From positions 1 through 51,967 of IMG/VR virus record IMGVR_UViG_3300044798_000130: DNA of 51,967 bases, one strand, 5' to 3'. This document shows positions 27,817 to 36,251 of this stretch, one piece after another. A program made the translations under genes and the position numbers. Below the pieces are notes generated by a model, which had not been told where the DNA came from, did not search any database, and worked only from the letters and a program-made list of their open reading frames with translations. The stretch's first letter is position 1; each line of letters begins with the position of its first letter. Source of the stretch: a virus. Taxonomy: Duplodnaviria; Caudoviricetes.

Positions 27817-27941
27817 TGCACCAGGCCGGATTTGCACCGGCGGCTCCCCGCTTGCGATTTATAGAGATTTTTAAGCTCATCCTCGATATCAAGAATGAGA
27901 CCTCGTGCCATGCGGGCCTCTACTGCTGAGATACTTGGTGC
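27817..27941 (-). ncRNA. tRNA-like element with a 60-nt insert replacing the anticodon loop
   Basis: Acceptor GCACCA/TGGTGC-A, D arm TCTC-AGCAGTA-GAGG, stem CCCGC/GCGGG, T arm GCCGG-TGCAAAT-CCGGC. Confidence 0.6.
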
Positions 27942-28034
27942 GCGTGGGGTGATAACGCCAGGCCCTCAGGAAATTCTAAGAGACCTGGCAATGGGCAGAG
28001 ATCCGAGATGAACGGCTCTGGTTTGCCACGCTGC

Positions 28035-28244
28035 CTATTGACTATGATGATACATTGCCCGGCCCAATGGCACATAATCATCCCATTTTCCAGATGGCTT
28101 GATGCCAGTTGATACCCATTCGGTATATTGCTTTATCTGTCCGTCTTGTGTTTTGCAGAAGTTGGTTAGATCCGAATAGCTTCTGCATGCCGCCAATTGC
28201 TTCTCCGAGAAAAAAAAGAAGCCCCATTCATCGTTGTAATTCAT
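28035..28244 (-). CDS. Hypothetical protein
   Basis: GGTGAG RBS; early operon orientation. Confidence 0.5.
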   Translation of the reverse strand: MNYNDEWGFFFFSEKQLAACRSYSDLTNFCKTQDGQIKQYTEWVSTGIKPSGKWDDYVPLGRAMYHHSQ

Positions 28245-28389
28245 TTTTTCTCACCACTATACCAGGCCAATGCTCTTGCCCACGCACACAATTGCACCGA
28301 TTTCTCTGGAAGCAATACCAACGTATCTATCTGATTCAGCATATATATTTGCACTGAATCCAAAGGTGTTCTCAATTCGAGTGACATAA

Positions 28390-28440
28390 AACCGCCTAGA
28401 GGAGTCGAACCCCATCTGCATAGCAGCACCGTGTACGGTT
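28390..28440 (-). ncRNA. Miniature tRNA-like element (T arm plus acceptor-like stem)
   Basis: AACCGT...CTGC-TAT-GCAG-AT-GGGG-TTCGACT-CCTC...GCGGTT. Confidence 0.4.
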
Positions 28441-29125
28441 CCTGTATGGAGGACAGATTTCGTATCTGAGCATATAGGGCTATTGGCCTATAGGACCACT
28501 CTCCCGCGACCAGTTCAGCCTCTTGTCACATTTCGCTATCAGTCTCGCTGCCATGTATCTCTCTTCAGGGCAGTCTAAGCCACCCAGGGATTCGCTAATA
28601 TCCTGGCGATAGGTTAGGATGCGGGTGCGCATATTCATGGCCATTCTGCTTCCTCTCCTTCCCAATCGATCTTATCGTTCGTGTCATCCATGTAATCTTC
28701 CCATTTATTTCCGAATGGGCAAACTTCTGCCTTGCAATCTTCCAATGTCGGTCCCATTATACCGACTGATCTATCTTCAGGAGACCACGAAGATTCTTTG
28801 CATTTTACGCAAAACTTGATTTTGAAAGGTTTATCTACCATGCCTAAATCCCCCATCGCTTGCTAATCTCTGCAATCACTTGCCCGGCCCGATCCGGATC
28901 TGTCTTTTCCAGTTCCAGGTAAAAAGATAAATTGTCCTTAACGTATTGTGGTACTTCCATTTAAATCACCTCTATCTGATATCTAACACCGCTACCTATC
29001 CGGCCCATCGGATCCATCTCCCTCAGCCAATAATCTTGCAGCTCTTCCAGGCCATGAGCATAGTAATCGATGGCCCAGGCATGGCAGCGATGGGTAAAGG
29101 ATACCTGACAATGTAAGATGCCCAT

Positions 29126-29380
29126 TTAGATTACCTCCACTTCCCGGCAATCGGTCAACCTCGCGCCCCCATGCCTGAATAGGGGGGATGCAAAGAACTT
29201 AATTTTTGCGTCCACCGGAACGCCTATGGGAAAATTCCCCATAATTCCGTTCACATAATGATGATCTCTCTTGATATATGTTCGCTTCTCACCTCGAATT
29301 TCGCAGTCTGCTAGCATGTGATTGCCGTTCTGGTCGATGCCTTTGTAGGTTGCGGTTACTTGCAGTTGGCGGCTTTGCAT
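29126..29380 (-). CDS. Small OB-fold-like hypothetical protein
   Basis: Beta-rich; likely start MQSRQL after GGTGG. Confidence 0.4.
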   Translation of the reverse strand: MQSRQLQVTATYKGIDQNGNHMLADCEIRGEKRTYIKRDHHYVNGIMGNFPIGVPVDAKIKFFASPLFRHGGARLTDCREVEVI

Positions 29381-29559
29381 GTTCAAGCCACCTTCCCGCG
29401 CATTTGGCATTCTGCCCAATCACATTCTATGCATTCACAGGACGCTTCTTTATCAAATTCTACGTAGCATCCTATGACTTTGCCCTTTGCAGATATTGAT
29501 ATTAATACCTGGCCATCTTCTGTTAGTTGTTGCATGTTAACCTTCCTTCTTAGTTTTTC

Positions 29560-29657
29560 AGTATAAGCTACTAGCACTCATGACTATTTATAGCTTACGC
29601 TATGATATCTTAGCTTAACCCGAAAGTTATTTAAGCTTATAAGAGATATACTAAAGC
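29560..29657. promoter_or_regulatory. Divergent TATA promoters with repeated TAAGCTA/TAGCTTA sites
   Basis: CTATTTATAG 29584..29593 (leftward); CCGAAAG-TTATTTAAG (rightward); motif copies at 29564, 29591, 29611, 29632. Confidence 0.55.
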
Positions 29658-29789
29658 ATGGCTAAAAAAGTGTCATTCCCGGCCAGGGTGAACGCGAACC
29701 TTGGGATCAGGATACCCGAAGCCGCGCGGGAACAAATGAAGATCGCGAAAGGGTCACAGGTAATTGTGACAATCGAGGTAAAAGAATGA
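29658..29789 (+). CDS. AbrB/SpoVT-like DNA-binding protein (43 aa, not in ORF track)
   Basis: FPARVNANLGIRIPEAAREQMKIAKGSQVIVTIE. Confidence 0.75.
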   Translation: MAKKVSFPARVNANLGIRIPEAAREQMKIAKGSQVIVTIEVKE

Positions 29790-30052
29790 AGAAATTTCGC
29801 ACTTGGTATAATGATAAGATAGAAGAGATCGAAGTCATTCGTGAAACGGAACGGTTTGTGGTAGTCCACGCTGGATTATCACGCGAAAGACGCGAGGCCC
29901 GGAGCTCTGACAATGGTTCGAACTATTTCGACACCTACCAAGAGGCCAAAGAGTTCCTGATAGATCGCGAAAAAGATGCTATCCAGGGACATCAGAATGA
30001 TATCAAGAGGCACCAAGAAACATTACAGAAGATCAAGGATATGAAACAATGA
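29786..30052 (+). CDS. Hypothetical protein
   Basis: ATGA-coupled to AbrB; IEEIEVIRETERFV...YFDTYQEAKEFL. Confidence 0.65.
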   Translation: MKKFRTWYNDKIEEIEVIRETERFVVVHAGLSRERREARSSDNGSNYFDTYQEAKEFLIDREKDAIQGHQNDIKRHQETLQKIKDMKQ

Positions 30053-30218
30053 TAACCACCCGCCCAGATTGCAACCACTTGGCATATCTGTATGCTCAGG
30101 ATAGGACACATCTCGATAAGCCCGGCTGCCTAAAGGGGCATGGTTCCTGGCCATTGGATTGGACTTGCAAAGACTGCTATGATTTTGTGAAGAATCCGAA
30201 ATATGAGGAGCTGGAACA

Positions 30219-30419
30219 ATGAATATAACCGCTATGGAAAAGACGATGCCTACCATATTAAGGAACCAATGCATAATCATGAAAGCGTTGCAGTTGCTTC
30301 TGCAAACCGGAAAGTATAGAGGAACTGTCATGGATCGCTGTCTAGAAGAGCTATCTACTGCGATACTGGAATCTGAGCCCATGCCGATATGTGGCATTGA
30401 CGACTTGCCGGATGAATAG
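30219..30419 (+). CDS. Hypothetical protein
   Basis: GGAG RBS; T-tract after the stop. Confidence 0.5.
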   Translation: MNITAMEKTMPTILRNQCIIMKALQLLLQTGKYRGTVMDRCLEELSTAILESEPMPICGIDDLPDE

Positions 30420-30894
30420 ATAGCTTATCCCTTTTTAGAAGCCCTTTATAGCCTCGTAGCCGATAGATTGCGGGCTGCATAGATGTTTGCCTATTTGGTA
30501 GGATATCTGTGCTCCTTGGGCCTCTGGCGGGCGCTACTAAGTATCTATCAGCCCGCTTGGTATATCCTCATAATCAACCCGGATGTGATCTGGCAATGCT
30601 TCTGTCCAGTAGATGAGATTATCTATGCAGTCTAGCAGATCGCCCCATTGGATCATTTCGATATCTAGGTCAACGGTCCATTGGTCCATGTTTCATAGCT
30701 CCTTTTGTTGCCCGGACATATTGTACAAATATCCGTTACATGATATAATTTCTACTGCTATCTTTTGTTACAGATTGTTATACTGGAATGGTCATATTGA
30801 TGTGTACATTTATGTAATCCTCTCGATACAAATCATGCATCTCTGCTTATCGATTCCCGTACCAGGATGTCGATTTCTGTTATCTCTGGGTCGT

Positions 30895-31140
30895 GCCCGG
30901 TAGTTCCGGTTGTCCAAAATGAACTCTTTTTGGCCTCTTGCTATCGTTTCCGGGAGTCCGGTAGTTGAAACGGTCCTTTTAGCCCTATATAGAATATCTA
31001 CACTTTTTTCCATTACTACTAAACTACTACCGGAACTTCCGGAAAGAAGATAAAGAAAATAATATATAATATATAGTAGAGTGTTTTTTACTCTCCGGAA
31101 GTTGGGCAAAATGACTACCGGACAACTACCGGAACTTCCT
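30895..31140. repeat. Putative replication origin with ACTACCGG iterons and AT-rich core
   Basis: ACTACCGG at 31026, 31114, 31125; inverted CCGGTAGT at 30897, 30958; AATATATAATATATA near 31061; directly downstream of the primase-helicase. Confidence 0.65.
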
Positions 31141-31227
31141 AGCATAGCGATTTTGCCCATCTTATAAATATCATTTCCAACCATTGTAACACTCTTTTCA
31201 TACTTATTCCTATTTTCGTATGCAGTT

Positions 31228-34008
31228 TTAGCATATAGATTCGTCTTTCATTATCTTCACTATCCAGGTCTTTGAATTCGTCGATTTATCAGTCCCTTGT
31301 GAAAGCGTAAACCCGCCCTTATATCGAACGTTTAACTTTTTCCGTAGAAAGATCCCAACTTTCTTCCCGTTGCCCGGTCCTTTGAACTTGATCTTTTCTG
31401 CCAGTTCACCGGGCACTGCATCGCTTAACCTAGATCCGGCGTTCTCTAATTGCATGATAAGCTCTGAAGAAGTGACCGGTGCTTCCATATGCACGCTATA
31501 CCAAACCCTGAAGAAATCCGCCCATTCATCGTTTCCAGAATCAGAGTCCTCGTATAGTTTAACCAGGTTATCCAAGAACCCTTCAACACCGGCATACTTT
31601 AGGATACCGCCCACCACAGAAACCCAATCCTCAAATCCCCCAATAACATGCTTGCAACCGTCCGGTTTTCCAGCTATCGCCCATGCCCTGGCCATGATAA
31701 GCAATGATGCCAACAGTTCGCCCCGGTGTTCTGCAACCCACTGGTTGAGTTTTGGGTGCCTAAATTTGTCCACCTTCCTCTCCCACGGACGCTCCAGTTT
31801 GGCGTCTAGCTGGATCATATACGCCCGCCTAGGAAGATCCCCGCTCAGTGAGATGTTGTTTCCTGTAGCATACCAGCACGCTCTTTGCGGATATTCCACA
31901 GCATCCGTCTTTCCTAGGGTGCGATCCTTCCAGATTGAAGAAGTAAGAGCCCTTGATAATGTTCCTGCCTTCAGATCAGCATCTAGGTTATCAAAACATA
32001 TGATGTGGGTGCCGTCGCTTAGCAGTCCTGTAATAAGTTTCCTCCATTCCGCTTCATTGTCCGCCGGGCTGAGGGCCGCCATCTCCTTTCCGGTGGAAAT
32101 TATCGATATAAGGTCAAGGATCTTTGAGGCCCCGGTGCCGGGTGCGGGCTTATCTATCAATGCTATTGGGGTTTGGCCTGAGATCATTGGTCTTACGATT
32201 GGCGTAACAAATGCCGCGAGAGCATTCGCTTTCGATGCCTGATCAAGGAAAGGGAAATCGTGCAATACCTCCTCCATCACATTTTTTGCCGCTTCTCTGG
32301 CATCTTCTCTGGTGGGATATTCTGGTATTTCTGGTATCTGGAGCATATCCGCTTGTGCGAAGTATAATCGCGTTGCCTCATCATATCCAGCGACGCATAG
32401 AATACTACCATCTTCCCGGACCACGGGTGCTCCGATCATGCCCCGGATTAAAGGCACTTCCCACGTTCCTAGAGCCAAAACCCCTTTCGCTATATCCAGC
32501 GGTGGGTGACATTGAATAAATTTGTCTTCTAACTTGCTCCATTTTTCGTATTTTGCTGCCCGGCTCATTTCGTTCCTGATAGCATGGTCGCTATAATCTT
32601 CTATTTTATATTGATCAGAATCCACGGTTTTGATCCTGCACAACGCGCCGCCGCGCTGGAATATGGTAGGCGGATCATTGAAATCGTATATGGTTTTTTC
32701 TACTTTTTCTATCAGCTCGATGAGATCGGAGGTCAGGGTTATCATGGGTCGCTGCCTTTTCCCATACATTCCCGGCCATTTGTAGCAATTTTTGTCCGGC
32801 TTGCATGCTCCTAAGCCTTTCAGTCCGAGATGTGGATAACCCGAGCCATCTGTTTGAATCGTCTTGCATGATGGGCAAGAGAGCTTTCCAAAACAACTTT
32901 CGAATACATGGCCCGCGTTCCCAACACCATTTCGCTTAGAGATCTTCTTTATAACTTCCCATGCTTCTTCCTCTTCCCATCCGGATTGGTATAGGAAGGC
33001 AGATAGTAAGCCACTGAATCTGGTCTTTCCGGCTCCTCTATTTTCGTTCTGCAAAATATAGAGCATGCAAGGCGGAAACGTCTCCATACCTTCTTTGCCC
33101 GGCGATCTGTAAACCTCTCTGAAATTGGCCCTTCGCTTCTTTTCTTCTGGTTCCGGGTACTTGTCTAAGAGCTGGAATAGATTGGTCTTTTCGTCTGCAT
33201 CGTAGCTGGAATACCATTGATCGGCCTTCGCGAGCATTTCAGAACTTAGTGGGATCTTTGCCGCTGCTAGATCGATTTTTATGTTTTCGCGGTCTAGTGG
33301 TGTCACTGCATAGGGCAGCCTCTTATGAATCGATAGAATGCTTTTAAAGACCCGTTTGGCATTATTCAGAGAGTCGAACTTTACTCTTTGTCCATCTTCA
33401 GGAAAACGTTCCTTAAATTCCTCTTCCGTTGCTCCTATGAATCTGTTAAAGCGATCGCATACCGTCTCATAGAATTCCGCCCTGTCCCTTCCCTGGCAAT
33501 CTTCCCCCGGCTTGCATATCGCATGATGCAATTTAACGTAAATGCCGCCGCCGGAAAACAGCACCCAAACGCTCTTATGAATGCCGGAAAGTTTCAGCTT
33601 TTCTACCAGAAAACTAGCCGCATGATCAAGGGCTTCTTGTGCTTCCTCAATTTTAAATAGCTCGTTCTTGTCGATGTCTACTCCGAGGGTGTACCCTAGG
33701 GTTTCCGCCGGTGTTCCTAGTGGTGTTTGGCTGCTTACATCGTCTTTTAATGGAGACTTCCCCTTCAGGTCTTTTCTAAACACGTTTAGAGTCGAATAAA
33801 GAACTCTATGTGTTTGGGTGACGTGCTCATAATCATCCTGCGAATTCATGAGCCTTATGCGATTGTCTTCTAAGTAGCGGTACCATAAAATGAAATCTGC
33901 ATTAATCGCCCGAAAGGAGCCGTCTGGAAACGAGGTGTTTTTTATTATGATATCCCGCACCTCTTGTCTGGCATAATGCTCTTGGGTAATTTCCGTCGCG
34001 GTCTTCAT
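31228..34008 (-). CDS. Primase (AEP catalytic + PriL-like Cys domain) fused to a P-loop helicase-like domain
   Basis: GVDID, FSGGGIYV, KFDSLNNAKR; FPPCM...CPSC...C; PAPGTGASK, ICFDN, ATGNN, DLPRR. Confidence 0.8.
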   Translation of the reverse strand: MKTATEITQEHYARQEVRDIIIKNTSFPDGSFRAINADFILWYRYLEDNRIRLMNSQDDYEHVTQTHRVLYSTLNVFRKDLKGKSPLKDDVSSQTPLGTPAETLGYTLGVDIDKNELFKIEEAQEALDHAASFLVEKLKLSGIHKSVWVLFSGGGIYVKLHHAICKPGEDCQGRDRAEFYETVCDRFNRFIGATEEEFKERFPEDGQRVKFDSLNNAKRVFKSILSIHKRLPYAVTPLDRENIKIDLAAAKIPLSSEMLAKADQWYSSYDADEKTNLFQLLDKYPEPEEKKRRANFREVYRSPGKEGMETFPPCMLYILQNENRGAGKTRFSGLLSAFLYQSGWEEEEAWEVIKKISKRNGVGNAGHVFESCFGKLSCPSCKTIQTDGSGYPHLGLKGLGACKPDKNCYKWPGMYGKRQRPMITLTSDLIELIEKVEKTIYDFNDPPTIFQRGGALCRIKTVDSDQYKIEDYSDHAIRNEMSRAAKYEKWSKLEDKFIQCHPPLDIAKGVLALGTWEVPLIRGMIGAPVVREDGSILCVAGYDEATRLYFAQADMLQIPEIPEYPTREDAREAAKNVMEEVLHDFPFLDQASKANALAAFVTPIVRPMISGQTPIALIDKPAPGTGASKILDLISIISTGKEMAALSPADNEAEWRKLITGLLSDGTHIICFDNLDADLKAGTLSRALTSSIWKDRTLGKTDAVEYPQRACWYATGNNISLSGDLPRRAYMIQLDAKLERPWERKVDKFRHPKLNQWVAEHRGELLASLLIMARAWAIAGKPDGCKHVIGGFEDWVSVVGGILKYAGVEGFLDNLVKLYEDSDSGNDEWADFFRVWYSVHMEAPVTSSELIMQLENAGSRLSDAVPGELAEKIKFKGPGNGKKVGIFLRKKLNVRYKGGFTLSQGTDKSTNSKTWIVKIMKDESIC

Positions 34009-34301
34009 CTATGTCCCTGCCCGGCCAATTGCTTAAGCTTTTCATAGGCAGCATTGACCTCTTGCATGGTCTTGGTATTGCCGCCTTTGTCCGGGTGATG
34101 CTGGTTCGCGAGGTTCCTATAGCCAACCAAAATAAGCCTCTCCATCATTGATAATGATGCTTCGGTTTTTGCCGCCCGTCTCTCCTTTTCTTCTTGATAC
34201 ATCTTAAATTCTTTTTCTTTCGCTGTCATGAGGTACTCGATATAATCATCGGGAACATCGGACAATTCCCAACCATTATATTTTCCGAAGGTAAGCTTCA
34301 T
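34005..34301 (-). CDS. J-domain protein with N-terminal FGKY..W motif (DUF3820-like)
   Basis: MKLTFGKYNGWELSDVPDDYIEYL; YRNLANQHHPDKGG...MQEVNAAYEKL. Confidence 0.85.
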   Translation of the reverse strand: MKLTFGKYNGWELSDVPDDYIEYLMTAKEKEFKMYQEEKERRAAKTEASLSMMERLILVGYRNLANQHHPDKGGNTKTMQEVNAAYEKLKQLAGQGHR

Positions 34302-34450
34302 GCATCCCCCCACGATTTATCGCACCGTTCGCATATGCCATCACAGCACGGCGCACCCGTCCTTTCCTCATCGCGGTCGGTCACAATCTGCCTATTGCCT
34401 TCATAGCAAAAGGCATAAATAGAATCAGAGTCCTCTGTATATCTGTCCAT
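34298..34450 (-). CDS. Small Cys-rich protein
   Basis: MDRYTED...CCDGICERC; AGGTG RBS. Confidence 0.45.
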   Translation of the reverse strand: MDRYTEDSDSIYAFCYEGNRQIVTDRDEERTGAPCCDGICERCDKSWGDA

Positions 34451-34461
34451 ATCTGACACCT

Positions 34462-34602
34462 TCAAATGCCCGCCACAACGGGCACTTCCTTCTTTTCTAC
34501 ATTCCAATACCGGCTCTTGCATTTCGGGCACATGGCCGGGAGCCAATCCACGCGGGGCAGCCATTCCCAACCACATTTTCGGCATGCTTGTTTTTCGATC
34601 AT
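34462..34602 (-). CDS. Zn-ribbon protein (46 aa, not in ORF track)
   Basis: MIEKQACRKCGWEWLPRVDWLPAMCPKCKSRYWN; leaderless after TATA and palindrome TAACTTA-N7-TAAGTTA. Confidence 0.7.
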   Translation of the reverse strand: MIEKQACRKCGWEWLPRVDWLPAMCPKCKSRYWNVEKKEVPVVAGI

Positions 34603-34690
34603 TAACTTATGATAAGTAAGTTATCCTATAAATATCTATCCCACCCTCGGACATAGAAACATTTAAATACTATGAAGTGCTTCATACTCA
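34603..34690. promoter_or_regulatory. Divergent promoter pair, each with its own palindrome
   Basis: Leftward TATA near 34627..34634 plus palindrome 34603..34623; rightward ATTTAAATA 34661..34669 plus TATGAAG-TG-CTTCATA 34671..34686. Confidence 0.65.
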
Positions 34691-34716
34691 ATGCCGTATA
34701 AGGCAAGGATACAACC

Positions 34717-34932
34717 ATGAGCGAAAGACTAAACAGCACAATAACGTCCAAAATAAGCGACGAAACCCGAAAGGAAATTGAATCGTTGGTAGCATCGTGC
34801 CAATTTGGCAGCCTTGGTGAGGTAACCAGATGGCTCCTACAACTCGGAATAGAAAAGTCACACGAGCTTTTCGCGAAGGAATGGGAAGAAGAGAAGGCGG
34901 CGAGAGGACCGCCGGAAGAAGACGATTGCTAG
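34717..34932 (+). CDS. RHH (CopG-like) regulator
   Basis: TITSKISDETRKEIESLV...FGSLGEVTRWLL. Confidence 0.7.
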   Translation: MSERLNSTITSKISDETRKEIESLVASCQFGSLGEVTRWLLQLGIEKSHELFAKEWEEEKAARGPPEEDDC

Positions 34933-35062
34933 AGATATCATCTTTTTTTGACTGCCTACCTGCCTATCCCCCAATCTCATCACCCTCTTTGGATGGCCTA
35001 TTGCAACCAGGCATCGATAACTATTTATAGTCATAGTGTAATGACTATGTGGTGATAATGCA

Positions 35063-35215
35063 ATGGTCGAAGCAAAACCCGATAACCAGAAAGTAAAGCC
35101 AATTGTGGTGCAATTGCATCAGGATATCTTGTCTTGGATCAAAGAGACGCTTGCAAGTGGCGAGCGGTCCAGGTGGATTGAAGAAGCAATAAGAGAGAAG
35201 AAGGAGAGGATGTAG
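35063..35215 (+). CDS. Small RHH regulator (50 aa, not in ORF track)
   Basis: PIVVQLHQDILSWI....GERSRWIEEAIREK; TATA 35021..35030 and ATAGTCAT-N6-ATGACTAT palindrome. Confidence 0.7.
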   Translation: MVEAKPDNQKVKPIVVQLHQDILSWIKETLASGERSRWIEEAIREKKERM

Positions 35216-36031
35216 ATGGAAAAGGATATATTCGTGATAGATTCGAAGAAGCTGCGAAAGTTCTTTGAAATTCTCGCGGCATTGACAGATGAAGTCAAAT
35301 TGCAAATAAATCATGAAGGAAACGTTTTCTACGCATCGGTAGTAGATCCGGCGAACGTTGCCCTGTGCGAAGTTTCCATATCAGGAGTCCACTTTGAAAA
35401 GTCGTCGTCGGTCGTCCGAGATGTTGGGCTCGATGTTTCCGACGCGATGAAAATGCTCAATTGCTTCAAGTCCAAATATGCGCAGCCGGTGACGCTGGCA
35501 ATCGAGCAATTGGAAAAGGGGAATATTCCGCAATACTTCCTGGGCGGCTGGAAGTTCAATATACCGGAAATTTCCCCATGCGTCGAACTGTCTCATCACA
35601 TCATAGATCCTTCTGCGATCCGAAAAGAACCAAAAATACCGGCCATTGACTTTGAAATAGACATGAAGATCCCGGCATTGGTACTACATGATGTCGTTAA
35701 GACCATCAAAGCGACCGGATGCAATCAAATGGCCATCAAGACCAATGCCACCCACTTAGTATTCACGACCGAAACAAACGAGAACGATGGCCAAAAGATG
35801 AACTACTCCATAGATCGCAATGCGTTGCTCGATGAAAGTACCAACAAAGAGGATGCCAGATCTATATTCTCAATGGAATATTTTGGGGATATGATAAAAT
35901 CCATTCCGAAAGATTGCTTGGTAAGAATGCGGTTTGGGCGGGATTATCCGGTTAGACTGGATTTTGAGCCATTTGGGAACGGATTCAACTGCATGTTCAC
36001 ATTGGCTCCGAGGATAGAACAAGAAAATTGA
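35216..36031 (+). CDS. pcn: DNA sliding clamp (archaeal PCNA)
   Basis: VDPANVAL, SIFSMEYF.DMIK, GRDYPVRLDF, FTLAPRIE. Confidence 0.92.
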   Translation: MEKDIFVIDSKKLRKFFEILAALTDEVKLQINHEGNVFYASVVDPANVALCEVSISGVHFEKSSSVVRDVGLDVSDAMKMLNCFKSKYAQPVTLAIEQLEKGNIPQYFLGGWKFNIPEISPCVELSHHIIDPSAIRKEPKIPAIDFEIDMKIPALVLHDVVKTIKATGCNQMAIKTNATHLVFTTETNENDGQKMNYSIDRNALLDESTNKEDARSIFSMEYFGDMIKSIPKDCLVRMRFGRDYPVRLDFEPFGNGFNCMFTLAPRIEQEN

Positions 36032-36056
36032 GGCTGTAATTGGATTACAGCCTATA

Positions 36057-36251
36057 TTATTTTAGCTTAAGCTCCTCAATCCTCTCCACCAATTCCGGCA
36101 TCAACACCAGCATAATCTCATCCAATGGCTCCGCTGGAATGGTATAATATTCCTGCTTAACCTGATGCTCATCAGTGGGACCGGCCTCGTTCCAGATCCT
36201 GTCAATCCTATCCAGGATGTCCTCTATAATCTCCAGCATCCTGCCATTCAT
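36057..36251 (-). CDS. Hypothetical protein
   Basis: ATGA-coupled ORF in the early operon. Confidence 0.5.
   Translation of the reverse strand: MNGRMLEIIEDILDRIDRIWNEAGPTDEHQVKQEYYTIPAEPLDEIMLVLMPELVERIEELKLK

Noticed and set aside
27817-27941. Functional canonical tRNA-Ala(GGC) with intron
   Set aside because: Acceptor has a mismatch/bulge, lacks G3-U70, and no canonical BHB splice motif forms; kept only as tRNA-like
30810-31184. 124-aa minus-strand ORF
   Set aside because: Its low-complexity translation (SGSSGSS) derives from the iteron repeats and AT tract; more likely a non-coding origin
31370-32242. 290-aa plus-strand ORF
   Set aside because: Antisense shadow of the primase-helicase; Ser/Ala-rich with no motif. 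The same applies to most plus-strand ORFs over structural genes
34298-34585. 95-aa ORF as given in the track
   Set aside because: Better explained as two genes: a Zn ribbon at 34462..34602 in another frame and a Cys-rich ORF starting at 34450
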